Source: an uncultured Verrucomicrobiota bacterium
GTDB taxonomy: Bacteria; Verrucomicrobiota; Verrucomicrobiia; Limisphaerales; CAYMCQ01
DNA length: 64,000 nt
Direction of reading: 5' to 3'
NCBI GenBank assembly: GCA_964389025.1
Contig: CAYMCQ010000002.1
Span: 29,867-93,866 of the forward strand
How positions within the stretch are numbered: the stretch's first letter is position 1; each line of letters starts with the position of its first letter. Of this stretch, positions 37,235 through 46,869 are shown in pieces. A program made the translations under genes and the position numbers. The notes under the pieces were generated by a model, which was given only the letters and a program-made list of their open reading frames with translations, made no database searches and was not told where the DNA came from.

Positions 37235-37633
37235 GTGTTTTGTTTCTTTAAGTCAAAAACTGCCGACGTCCTTAGTCACTGGTATGCACCGGTTCCTAAC
37301 TTCAGCACTTCCACTCAGGAATTCTATTCCGCCATAGAAAAGGAATTACAGGATCGGAAAATTCCCGACCTCAAAATCTCTCGCGTTGAGTTTTCCGAGG
37401 AAGGATTGCTTTCAGCAAAACGCCAGTATTTGCGCATGACGCGCGAACGATTGGTCTTTGATATTTGCGCCGCTCCATTTGGAACCAGCTATTTTTTCAG
37501 TTGTCGCTTTGGTGAAGTTCCCCCTGTCGTGCAACTGTGGCAATTACTTGTTTTGTTCGCCGCATTTGGCTTCGTTGGCCTAATTTCACTTTTTGTTTTC
37601 TTCAAAATCTTTAGCGTCGTCGCCCTTTTTTGA
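37235..37633 (+). CDS. membrane-anchored hypothetical MGE protein, possibly truncated
   Basis: 'LSHW...FSTSTQEFY...EEGLLSAKRQYLRMTRERLVFDICAAPFG'; it stops in a T7 run shortly after the TM helix. Confidence 0.55.
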   Translation: MFCFFKSKTADVLSHWYAPVPNFSTSTQEFYSAIEKELQDRKIPDLKISRVEFSEEGLLSAKRQYLRMTRERLVFDICAAPFGTSYFFSCRFGEVPPVVQLWQLLVLFAAFGFVGLISLFVFFKIFSVVALF

Positions 37634-37690
37634 AGTGAACAGCAGCTTTCAAGCTGAATCAATACGCTATAAACGGCTCGACTGTCTTTG

Positions 37691-37915
37691 CTATTTCTCT
37701 CGCAGCAATTCGCTCACGGACACACCGAGGGCTTTAGACAATTTGAAGATAATTTTTCTCCCCGTAAGATTTCCAGTCCTCTCCCAATACGCAACGGTGC
37801 TTTGTGGCACACCAGTCTTTGCGGAAAGCTCATCTTGGGTCATTCCGGCATCACGCCGCAAGTGATGAAGCCATGCTCCATATACATCACGTCGCGCTTT
37901 AGGTTTTCGACCCAT
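37691..37915 (-). CDS. XRE-family HTH regulator
   Basis: 'LHHLRRDAGMTQDELSAKTGVPQSTVAYWER...LSKALGVSVSELL'. Confidence 0.88.
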   Translation of the reverse strand: MGRKPKARRDVYGAWLHHLRRDAGMTQDELSAKTGVPQSTVAYWERTGNLTGRKIIFKLSKALGVSVSELLREK

Positions 37916-38004
37916 GACGCGAATGTTAAAGGCGATCTAAATTGTTGTTGCATTTTACCAACCTATTGGTAAATAAGAAGGGTGTAGTTTCAGGAAAGGA
38001 CACT

Positions 38005-38973
38005 ATGAAAACACTTATCGTCTGCTTCTATGCGCTCTGCCTCGCGGCAGCTACTGCACTCGCGCAACCCGACTCTATCACTTCACTCCCCATCGGGACG
38101 CGTAGCAACATCAATGCACAGCTCGGACGGGAGGTAAAAACCGTTTCGGTGTGGATTGGCATCACCAATACCACGACTCAGGTGTCGACCAATGCCTTCC
38201 AGACCATCTCGTACAACCAAAGTATGGGAAGTGTCGAAGGAGTCATTACTAACGCCATGCGTCAGTTGGTCTCGTTGGTGATCAAAAGCAACGACGTCGG
38301 CCAAACCGCTTGGAGTTATGTCTACATCGCGAACAAAAGCATCGTCCTCAATTTGCTTGAACAGGTCCCCTTCACGGTGACATTCAACGCTTCAGGACAG
38401 CCCGTTATACCGTATGAGAAACTTCTCTATCCCGGGACAAACATGTGCTCGGAAAGAAGTTGGGCACTTGGAGCCTACGTGCCCATTAGCGGAGCTATGG
38501 CAGGCGTTGAGCGAGTGGACTACGTCCGAAGCAACCTCGCGACAACGATAACCACCAACGGGTTTGACGATGATTGTTGGGCAGCGGGTCTCACAGACGG
38601 GATCCTCTACCTCTACACTCATCGGATTGATCCGGTGGGACAATCTGAATCCTGTGGTTCGTTTAATCCGTACGTAAAAATCGTCCTCTGGTACAGCGTC
38701 AATCGTGGACAGTATGAATCCTTTGATGCTTTAACCGGCATAAAGATTGACTCCACGATCGTCCGCCTCTCCATGAAGCGAACGAACGGAGCCCCAAGGG
38801 TTGTCATTTCAGGCTTCCCTGGAAAATCAGTGACTCTTGAATCATCGCCTGACCGAACGAATTGGACGGCGATCGGCTCGCCGATTACGCTCAATTCGAC
38901 AGGACAGGGTGAGTTTGCTCCCCCACTTGGACAGCCACGATGGTTTGTGCGTGGGAGAATCCAAGTGCCATAA
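38005..38973 (+). CDS. secreted hypothetical protein with a C-terminal tail domain
   Basis: RBS AAAGGA, signal peptide 'MKTLIVCFYALCLAAATALA' and tail 'VTLESSPDRTNW'. Confidence 0.75.
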   Translation: MKTLIVCFYALCLAAATALAQPDSITSLPIGTRSNINAQLGREVKTVSVWIGITNTTTQVSTNAFQTISYNQSMGSVEGVITNAMRQLVSLVIKSNDVGQTAWSYVYIANKSIVLNLLEQVPFTVTFNASGQPVIPYEKLLYPGTNMCSERSWALGAYVPISGAMAGVERVDYVRSNLATTITTNGFDDDCWAAGLTDGILYLYTHRIDPVGQSESCGSFNPYVKIVLWYSVNRGQYESFDALTGIKIDSTIVRLSMKRTNGAPRVVISGFPGKSVTLESSPDRTNWTAIGSPITLNSTGQGEFAPPLGQPRWFVRGRIQVP

Positions 38974-39124
38974 ACGCATCAGAAAACGATTCACTGGAAA
39001 TTTGAGGATAGAAAGGGCATCATGATATGCGTCAATTTTTAAAAATCGAAATAGTGAAGCAGATCATGCTGTTAGCAACCCATACCATTGCTAGTTTAAC
39101 GACCTTGGTTGTTTTGTATAACGC

Positions 39125-40942
39125 TCACCGAGGTTTCCAATCAAAGCCAGGCCACTCCTCTGTCGCTGTTTGCAGTAATTGATACCCTAGCTGAAGCGCT
39201 ACAGCCGCTGAAGGGACGAGGTTGTCAACAGTTGCAACCGTGCTCAAGAATTTAGGGATATCGTTGAGCGAGAGGCGGCCTTGCCCATACCTCTCCAAAG
39301 ACGTCTTGTCCCATTCCCAATTGAATTTTGGCAAATAATTCTTGATTTGTTCGTCCCACACAACCAACACGGCTGAGACTTCAACGATCAACGTCGTGAG
39401 ATCAATGGCAATTCCAGTTAGACTGAAGAAAGCACTCTTTTTCTTACCTCGGCCATTTAATCCTGCTTCGATAATTTTTATCTGCGGCTTTTGGTAGATA
39501 TATTCTCGCCAAGGACAACTCAGCGAATCCATCTCCATTTCACCGTAAACCTCTTCGAGCAACTCGCGATAAATATTGAGTTTAATCGACCAATCATCTT
39601 TCGGCGGAAGATCAGGGTGACAACGCTCAAACCCGCATGCCGGCACCACGTCCCATTTTTCGGAGAACATGCCAACCGCCTTGGAACGGTTTGCTACTGT
39701 GCAAAAGAAGCCGCCTGAGTCTGCAGGCAGGACATATAAAGTGTTCAACGAAATCATCGCGCGGCGCGTTGTTCCGTTGTGCAATACGTCAAATACACCT
39801 CCTTGATCTACTGTTTGGCGTCTTGGTAATGCCCGCGGCGAATTGAGCGCACCGTTCGCCAGTGCCTTGCAAAGTTCCCAGCGAAGAGCCATTCCGCCCA
39901 ACACGATGTCATAGTAGCCCGCCAAGCCACCGCGAATAAGTGGCGGCTTTGATGATTCTCGTTCTTGGATGTTCAACATGGTGAAATAAATTTTCTCTCC
40001 TTTGATTGGCCCCTTGTCATAAATCCATTTTACGAATCGTCGTTCAAGGCTTTCATCTGCTTTCAATGGAGGCGAAAACTTTGGATCACAATCCAAGACC
40101 GCATCCGGTTCAACTGGTCGAGTGGTTGACCACAAAAGCCAGATAGGAAAGAGGTTCTTGCCCACCTGAAAGCAACTCACGTCATACCGTTTTTCCAGAA
40201 ACCGAGTCGCTTCTTGCCATGCCTCACCAAATGATCGCTTGGCGTATGCATAACCAGTTGCGTCTTCCAGTTGGTTAAAGCGCTCACGTTCCTCGTCGGT
40301 GAATTCAGATTCGGTGTGTGGAACTGTGATAATTTTTTTCCAACGCGGAATCTCCTTTTCCAGTTTGGAAGCCAACGTCAACAGTTCGCGTCCATTACTG
40401 ATATGACTTTCTGTTTCCCCTTTCCTGAGAAAAATTCTTATCCCGTCAGGCCGAAGGTTAATCAAGGCAGCCTGCACGGTTGCACCGCTGCGGTTCAGCC
40501 GACCTGGTGGCCTCGATACGAGCTCCAAGAAATTCCTCCACTTGTTCTTTTCTTTGTATCCGAGAATCTTTTGCAGTATTGGCTCCTTCTTAAATGCTGC
40601 CTGGGTCCTGACATCAGCCAGACTGGTTATCCAACCGGGCTTCGCTGCGGTTTCGCGACTGAGTTCATTCCCATGTGAATCGGAAGCGGCGGTCAGAAAA
40701 AAGATGGAGACCACACGGAGCGAGCTGTAAGGAGAGGGTTTCCACTCGCCTTTGGAGATTTTACCTCCGCCTGAAACTGGAGGTGATATGAACCTCAACT
40801 CCTCTAGCCAAACCCTTGAATCAGACTCTTGGACGAAGCGGAGATCAACTTGCCACTTATCTGTCGATTGCCCTCGAGTGTTTGAATCCAGCTTTGTCAT
40901 AACAACGGTGGATCTTCCGAAATTGACAAGCCGCTTCTGCAA
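39125..40942 (-). CDS. hypothetical protein with a possible NUDIX-like C-terminal domain
   Basis: 'WDVVPACGFE...NIYRELLEEVYG' resembles a degenerate Nudix box (RELxEE). Confidence 0.6.
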   Translation of the reverse strand: MQKRLVNFGRSTVVMTKLDSNTRGQSTDKWQVDLRFVQESDSRVWLEELRFISPPVSGGGKISKGEWKPSPYSSLRVVSIFFLTAASDSHGNELSRETAAKPGWITSLADVRTQAAFKKEPILQKILGYKEKNKWRNFLELVSRPPGRLNRSGATVQAALINLRPDGIRIFLRKGETESHISNGRELLTLASKLEKEIPRWKKIITVPHTESEFTDEERERFNQLEDATGYAYAKRSFGEAWQEATRFLEKRYDVSCFQVGKNLFPIWLLWSTTRPVEPDAVLDCDPKFSPPLKADESLERRFVKWIYDKGPIKGEKIYFTMLNIQERESSKPPLIRGGLAGYYDIVLGGMALRWELCKALANGALNSPRALPRRQTVDQGGVFDVLHNGTTRRAMISLNTLYVLPADSGGFFCTVANRSKAVGMFSEKWDVVPACGFERCHPDLPPKDDWSIKLNIYRELLEEVYGEMEMDSLSCPWREYIYQKPQIKIIEAGLNGRGKKKSAFFSLTGIAIDLTTLIVEVSAVLVVWDEQIKNYLPKFNWEWDKTSLERYGQGRLSLNDIPKFLSTVATVDNLVPSAAVALQLGYQLLQTATEEWPGFDWKPR

Positions 40943-41052
40943 TCGACTCTGCCAAATTGCTTGAGCTTTTCACCAGATACGCAGAAGTGGGCAGAGGCAG
41001 TTAAGCTACCGCTGGCGAGAAAGTCAACTTTAGATTAACTACGAGTAGAACG

Positions 41053-41081
41053 AAAAAAAAGCTGGACGTTTGAAGTCCAGC
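41053..41081 (-). terminator. rho-independent terminator (minus strand)
   Basis: GCTGGAC-GTTTGAA-GTCCAGC stem adjacent to A8 (U8 on the minus strand). Confidence 0.55.
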
Positions 41082-41492
41082 CCCCGGAGTGCGAATCCGG
41101 TAACCAAGATCGAAGCATGATGAATTCGACCTCAGCTGCGGCGTATGATAACACGGGAAAAGGCTCCTTTTTCACGGAGGCACAAAAACTCCTTTTCGTC
41201 CAGAGCCAACCATTAAGTGAACACCTCGGGCGTTTTTTGAGACCTACCTCTCCCGGATCATCACTCTCGCACATCCTTCTGCACACCAGGGGTATTCCAT
41301 TTTCCGGGCGGCTCTCCCCGCGCGCACACGGAGGCGCAAGCTGGCGCGCTTGGGCGGCAGCCCCGCGCGGTAGCATGGCGGCGGCCGTCGCGTCGCCGTG
41401 CGCCGCCCCACGTAATTTCTTACCGGTGTTCAACGCTCCACACCGGAGAGAACAGATAATCAGGAGCAGAAACCAAAAGCAAAGAACATGCA

Positions 41493-41669
41493 ATGAATGA
41501 AACAACAAAGATCGCAGATAAACCTTGGTTAACGCCCTTGCAACGACGCGCAGTAATCGTCTTGGGTGCTGTCGCCGGTGCCGTTGCAGCGGCAGCACTC
41601 ATTCGCTGGCTCGATTCGCGCCGCGTGGCTCGCAACAAAACGGCACGGTCGGATACCAATGAAACGTGA
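41493..41669 (+). CDS. small single-TM protein (58 aa, below the ORF-track cutoff)
   Basis: MNETTKIADKPWLTPLQRRAVIVLGAVAGAVAAAALIRWLDSRR...; first gene of the 41.5-46.5 kb run. Confidence 0.5.
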   Translation: MNETTKIADKPWLTPLQRRAVIVLGAVAGAVAAAALIRWLDSRRVARNKTARSDTNET

Positions 41670-41692
41670 CGAGCGATTCAATGAGGAGAAGC

Positions 41693-43003
41693 ATGAAAAA
41701 ATTTTGTTTCATCCTAATTATAGCGGTGCTCGTCACCATAGTCATCTACGCCGCCCCGATTGTGCTTGGGGCGGCGTTATTACGCCGTGGAACAAACATC
41801 GTAAGCGAAGCGCTCGATATTCCCGATTGGATAGGGTTATTGATTTTTTTAGCTTTGGTTCCGTCATGCTTCCTTTTAGTAATTCGAATATTTTCGGGGA
41901 AGTCACGCAAGCGAGCCGCAATCTTTTTAATGGCCGCAGCGATTCTATTTTGCCTAGCGACAGCAGTTATGAATCACCAGCAGGAACTCGCCGAGGTAAC
42001 TACGAAGGTGAAAAAATGGTTCTGCCCCCTTCGACGCGTCGATCCAAAAAGTGCTGCGTGGTTCACTCCCTCCGGCGAAGCGATTTTGTTTTATGCCCAC
42101 CTCAAGACAAACAGTTGGATTTTTTACGACGCCTATCCGGGTGCCCACGACCCGGACAGTGGTTCCGAATTGCAGCCGGTTACGTCGTCACTCCGGCAGG
42201 AGTGGGAAGCTGCACAAGAGAGCGAGACAACGCTGACCACAGCGAACAAACAGCTAGTCACCGAAATAGAATCTCAGAAGAAAATTGAACAACTACAAAT
42301 CGCTGCTGCGACATTGAAGAGCGAAAAGGAAGACCGAATCCGTCGCGAGGAAAGCTTCCTCAATTCCTTGACTCAAACGCTACAAGCCAAGCAAGCAGAG
42401 TTGGCGTCAGTTGAAAATGCGCTGATAGCTAATTCACCGCAACAATCTGCACATGACGCACGCCAGCGACTCGAAGACGCCAAAAGAGCATTGTCGGATG
42501 CGGTCAAAGAATCTCGGAATGGAGCACCGTTAGATTTGGCCGGACTTCATATCCTGGCGCAAACGGTGTTACGCAAAATCGAGCAAGCTAAGGAGGAGAT
42601 TAGTTACGCCGTTGCCGCTCGCAAAATAAAAGGCCAACAGGTTGCACGCGAACCAGCAGCGCAAAAGGCGCAGCGCGTGCCAGAGACAAAATCCGCTACG
42701 GAGTCTAATAGCCCAACGGTCACAGTCACATTCAAGAACGAAACGCCTTTCAAGCTCTACGTCACCTTCTCGTCGCCCGAATATCGGCATGTCTGGCCTG
42801 TCCCGGGCACTGCTTACGTAGCCCAGTCAGGGCAGACGATTGCTGTTTCCCTCTTGGCTCTTTCAGGCGAGCCAATTTTTTTCACGGCATGGAGTCCCGA
42901 AAATCCACAGGTGCGCTGGGAGAATTGTCCCTGCAACTCCCCGCCTATTGCGGTTGGTGGGAAAGCCGATCCACCGCTGCGCGTTTTCACCGAGAAACGA
43001 TAA
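41693..43003 (+). CDS. membrane protein with a coiled coil and C-terminal beta domain
   Basis: Three N-terminal TM segments, a long heptad-rich region, and RBS GAGGAG. Confidence 0.65.
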   Translation: MKKFCFILIIAVLVTIVIYAAPIVLGAALLRRGTNIVSEALDIPDWIGLLIFLALVPSCFLLVIRIFSGKSRKRAAIFLMAAAILFCLATAVMNHQQELAEVTTKVKKWFCPLRRVDPKSAAWFTPSGEAILFYAHLKTNSWIFYDAYPGAHDPDSGSELQPVTSSLRQEWEAAQESETTLTTANKQLVTEIESQKKIEQLQIAAATLKSEKEDRIRREESFLNSLTQTLQAKQAELASVENALIANSPQQSAHDARQRLEDAKRALSDAVKESRNGAPLDLAGLHILAQTVLRKIEQAKEEISYAVAARKIKGQQVAREPAAQKAQRVPETKSATESNSPTVTVTFKNETPFKLYVTFSSPEYRHVWPVPGTAYVAQSGQTIAVSLLALSGEPIFFTAWSPENPQVRWENCPCNSPPIAVGGKADPPLRVFTEKR

Positions 43004-43010
43004 CAGCCAT

Positions 43011-43469
43011 ATGAAACTCTACACCAAAACTTACCCGACGAACCTCGGAATAGTGCGCAAGAAAATCGCTTGGCAATTCGATTTTCGAGTGCAACTGACC
43101 GACGAGGAAGTTGCGCTCGTTCGCCATTACGAGTATTGGGATTTCACCGTGGGGAAGGCGCATGAAGACACCCAGAGTCCAATCTATGTCGAACTCAGGC
43201 GCGCCGCTGCGGGTATAAAGGGATGGTGCTTTGAAGGAATTGGGCCGCTCACTCGTTTTGAGGCTTCCCTGATCGAGGGGTGCCAAAGGCTCTGTGTCAC
43301 ACTCCAAGAGTTCCGTCGCATCCATCGAAGTCCTGAGAGCTGGTATAACATCACGGCTGAAGGTGCCGAGCCCCTTTCATATTCAAAATCGGCGGAGACC
43401 AACACGAACCCGCGTCCGGCAGAACCTGGAGACGTGCCGCCCATACTCCAGCCCCCAGCGCCGTTCTAA
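43011..43469 (+). CDS. hypothetical protein
   Basis: ATG 7 nt after the previous stop; its stop directly abuts the next GTG start. Confidence 0.55.
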   Translation: MKLYTKTYPTNLGIVRKKIAWQFDFRVQLTDEEVALVRHYEYWDFTVGKAHEDTQSPIYVELRRAAAGIKGWCFEGIGPLTRFEASLIEGCQRLCVTLQEFRRIHRSPESWYNITAEGAEPLSYSKSAETNTNPRPAEPGDVPPILQPPAPF

Positions 43470-46400
43470 GTGAGCCAACGATTCTACACCGAACGCGAAA
43501 AGCTCTTAGACGATTTTTTTCTCTGGGAGCTTCCCGGGCGCGGAATCCAGGTATGGGGGTTGCCGGTCTTCCCCGAGCCGCAGTTCCAGCCCTTTCGCGG
43601 ACACTGGTTGCCCGTATCACCCGCGCCTCAAATTGAAATACCTCCGCCGCTCCTGGTCCGCTTTTTCGATAACATTGTTGATGCATTCACGGACAGTCCG
43701 AAAACGCCAGTGGCGGTGCCTCCGGTCATTGACGCCACGCCGATACTTCCAGACAAAAGCTTCTTCGATTTTACTCACCGGAAGATCATCGAACTGGAAA
43801 TCACCCTGCCACAGGCGGAAACTATTTCTCGCGACCTCTGCGAACAGTTTTTACTCGGGCTTTCGTTTTGCCGCCATCCCGTCAGTTTTGAGGTCGTGGG
43901 AACCGCAGGCTCAATCCATATCCAATTCGCGGTTGACGAAGCGGATGCAGCACTCATACAGCAACAACTCTCTGCTCACTTTCCGTCCGTCTGCATCACA
44001 AAGAACGACCGGCTCCTTGCCGATCTGTTGCTTGGGCCTGAGGAACCGTTTGGTGGATTTGCCGAATTCCGACTCGCGCACGAGTTCATGCGGCCGCTTG
44101 CAACCGTCCGTAATCTCACTGCCGATCCGCTGGTTGGAATCACCGGCGCATTGGCCGGGCTGCGGGAGAAGGAAGTTGGTGTGTTCCAAGTCATCTTTCA
44201 GCCAGTCAAGCACCCGTGGGCAGAAAGCATGTTGCGGGCGGTCACGTGGGAGGACGGTAGCCCGTTTCTGGATTCAACGCTTGTGGCGCAGACACGTCAG
44301 AAGACGTCGCGTCCTCTCTTTGCCACAGCGATTCGCGTTCTTGGACAGAGCAGCAGCGTAGAGCGAGGCGAAGAGATTGCCCGGGGATTGGCTGCGGCAT
44401 TGTCGGCCTTTTCTGAACCCTCATCCAATGAACTCGTGACTCTGGAAAACTTGGAACTCGAATTCTTGGAGATGTGCGGCGATGTCATCCGCCGCCGTAT
44501 ACGGCACAGCGGGATGATTCTCAACAGCGACGAGATCGTCTCGCTCGTCCATCCCCCGTCGCCCTCGGTCAAAACCTCCAAGCTCCGGCGCGAGACCGAG
44601 AAGACCAAAGCCGCGCCTGCAATTGCCTGCGGCCATCGGCTGATTCTTGGAAGCAACGAAAGCGACGGTGAGACGAATTCAGTGACGCTCTCTTCCGACC
44701 ACCGTGTTCGCCACATGCACGTTCTTGGCGCGTCAGGCACCGGCAAATCCACATTCCTCCTCAATCTAATTCGTCAGGACATTGAGAACGGTGAAGGGCT
44801 GGCGCTGCTTGACCCGCACGGAGATTTGGTGGATGCAGTGCTTGCCGACATCCCGGAATCGCGCATTGACGATGTTATTCTGATTGATCCATCAGATGCG
44901 GAGTTTCCGGTTGGCTTCAATATTCTCTCTGCCCATTCAGAGCTTGAAAAGAATCTTCTCGCTTCCGACTTGATTGCCGTGTTTCAGCGTTTGTCCACCA
45001 GTTGGGGTGATCAGATGAATTCAGTCTTTGCCAACGCGATACTTGCCTTTTTGGAAAGCGAGCGCGGTGGAACGCTTGCTGATTTGCGGCGGTTTCTTGT
45101 CGAGAAGGAATTTCGCGCTGATTTTCTCACGACGGTCAAAGACCCCGAGGTTGTCTATTACTGGACCAAGCAATATCCCTTGCTCAAAGGTGTTCCCCAA
45201 GCGCCGCTATTGACCCGGCTCGATACGTTTCTGCGGCCAAAACCGATCCGCTATATGGTTTCGCAACATGCGAACCGGATCAATTTTGCGGAGATCATGG
45301 ACGAGCGGAAAATATTTCTCGCCAAGCTTGCGCAGGGAGCCATCGGAGAAGAGAACGCATACCTTTTGGGAACGCTGCTCGTGTCAAAATTCCACCAGTT
45401 GGCGATTGGACGACAGCAGTTGGAGGAAGCGCAGCGGCAATACTTTTGGTGCTACATAGACGAGTGCCACCACTTCGTCACGCCCTCAATGGCTTCCATC
45501 TTAAGCGGCGCTCGCAAGTATCGGCTGGGCCTCGTTCTCGCGCATCAGGAGCTTTCGCAGCTTCAGCACTGCTCCGACGTGGCCAGCGCCATCGTGACGA
45601 ATCCCTACACACGGATTTGTTTTCGGTTAGGCAGCGAGGACGCCCGCAAATTTTCGGATGAATTCTCGTTTTTCGACGCGAAGGATTTGCAAAACCTCGG
45701 AATCGGCGAAGCCATCGGGCGCATTGAGCGCAGCGACTTTGATTTCAATTTGGCCGTTCCGTTTAGAGAGAAACGAGATCCAAATGAAGCCTTGCGGCGC
45801 AGGCAAGAGGTCATTACAGCTTCGAGAAGAAAGTATGCAATGCCGAGAGCGGAGGTTGAGACGATTCTGAAATCCGTCATCACCACCAAGCCAGACGTTG
45901 ACAACAAGCCGCCGCCGACTGCGCCCCCAATCGCTCCCGCTGTTTCAGAGCCACCGAAGCCCCCTCCAATTCCAAAGACCACTGTTTCGGGGGAAAAAGA
46001 AATGGTTACTGCGCCAAGCAAAGCAGAGCCGCCGCGTGATTTGGGAAGGGGCGGAGCGCAGCACAAGGCCATTCAGCTTCGAATCAAGCATGCAGCGGAA
46101 GAACTCGGTTTCCGCAGCGTTATTGAAAGGCCAATTCTCGACGGCCAGGGCAGTGTGGATTTGTGGCTTGAACGAGATGGGCAGGGCATCGCCTGCGAAA
46201 TATCCGTCACCACCACCATTGACCATGAAGTGGGCAATGTCGCCAAGTGTCTGAAGGCCGGAGTTCCGAACGTGGCGGTGATTTGCGTTGATGAAAGCAG
46301 GCTGCGCAAGATTGCCTCTGCGGTTTTGGGAAGTCTTGGGGCGGAATCGGCGGGACGGGTGGAATATTTTGAGCCAGACCAGTTCATCGCGAATCTGAAG

Positions 46401-46550
46401 ACATTGCCGGTCGAGACTCCGACTGAGCAAACCCGAGTCTCGCGCGGATACAAAGTGAAGCGCGTGGTTTCAGAGTTTTCAGAGGCCAAGCGAAAGGAGA
46501 GAGAAGCCGCCGCCATTCGCGCCATCGCGGACTCGATGCGCAAACGATGA
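43470..46550 (+). CDS. VirD4/TraD/HerA-like ATPase (type IV coupling-protein-like) with a C-terminal PD-(D/E)xK-like domain
   Basis: Walker A 'HMHVLGASGTGKS', 'LLDPHGDL', Walker B 'YIDECHHF', 'ARKYRLGLVLAHQ', a Pro-rich linker, then 'VDLWLERDGQGIACEISVTT'. Confidence 0.85.
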   Translation: MSQRFYTEREKLLDDFFLWELPGRGIQVWGLPVFPEPQFQPFRGHWLPVSPAPQIEIPPPLLVRFFDNIVDAFTDSPKTPVAVPPVIDATPILPDKSFFDFTHRKIIELEITLPQAETISRDLCEQFLLGLSFCRHPVSFEVVGTAGSIHIQFAVDEADAALIQQQLSAHFPSVCITKNDRLLADLLLGPEEPFGGFAEFRLAHEFMRPLATVRNLTADPLVGITGALAGLREKEVGVFQVIFQPVKHPWAESMLRAVTWEDGSPFLDSTLVAQTRQKTSRPLFATAIRVLGQSSSVERGEEIARGLAAALSAFSEPSSNELVTLENLELEFLEMCGDVIRRRIRHSGMILNSDEIVSLVHPPSPSVKTSKLRRETEKTKAAPAIACGHRLILGSNESDGETNSVTLSSDHRVRHMHVLGASGTGKSTFLLNLIRQDIENGEGLALLDPHGDLVDAVLADIPESRIDDVILIDPSDAEFPVGFNILSAHSELEKNLLASDLIAVFQRLSTSWGDQMNSVFANAILAFLESERGGTLADLRRFLVEKEFRADFLTTVKDPEVVYYWTKQYPLLKGVPQAPLLTRLDTFLRPKPIRYMVSQHANRINFAEIMDERKIFLAKLAQGAIGEENAYLLGTLLVSKFHQLAIGRQQLEEAQRQYFWCYIDECHHFVTPSMASILSGARKYRLGLVLAHQELSQLQHCSDVASAIVTNPYTRICFRLGSEDARKFSDEFSFFDAKDLQNLGIGEAIGRIERSDFDFNLAVPFREKRDPNEALRRRQEVITASRRKYAMPRAEVETILKSVITTKPDVDNKPPPTAPPIAPAVSEPPKPPPIPKTTVSGEKEMVTAPSKAEPPRDLGRGGAQHKAIQLRIKHAAEELGFRSVIERPILDGQGSVDLWLERDGQGIACEISVTTTIDHEVGNVAKCLKAGVPNVAVICVDESRLRKIASAVLGSLGAESAGRVEYFEPDQFIANLKTLPVETPTEQTRVSRGYKVKRVVSEFSEAKRKEREAAAIRAIADSMRKR

Positions 46551-46787
46551 TCACTTGCGTTCGAGGCGAAAGAGCGGCCCGACAACTCGGTAGGAGGAAT
46601 ACTTTTCAATCAGACGAATACGCAGGGCTGTCAGGCTTTGCTCCGGATTTTCTTCCGCCAGTTGCACAGAAGGCCGGCCAACGCCCAACCCTGCCGCAGC
46701 CTCTATTTTCGTCCGCCCCGCCTTTTCTCGGAATTGTTTGGCGAGTGATCCGAGTTCAGCTTCGGCAACAATCTTTTTCATGCTCAT
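46551..46787 (-). CDS. XRE-family HTH protein, divergent from the integrase (candidate regulator/RDF)
   Basis: 'LAKQFREKAGRTKIEAAAGLGVGRPSVQLAE'. Confidence 0.7.
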   Translation of the reverse strand: MSMKKIVAEAELGSLAKQFREKAGRTKIEAAAGLGVGRPSVQLAEENPEQSLTALRIRLIEKYSSYRVVGPLFRLERK

Positions 46788-46869
46788 GCTACAGTTGTCG
46801 GAAAAAAGTTCGCGTTTTGCAAACTATTTTCTTGCAACGCGACCGTGCTTTTTGATATGAAGTCGTGCT

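Noticed and set aside
41035-41598. ORFs in the 41.0-41.6 kb intergenic region as a replication gene or oriT
   Set aside because: There are no recognisable Rep motifs, iterons or nic-type site that I can support; only a terminator-like hairpin is evident.
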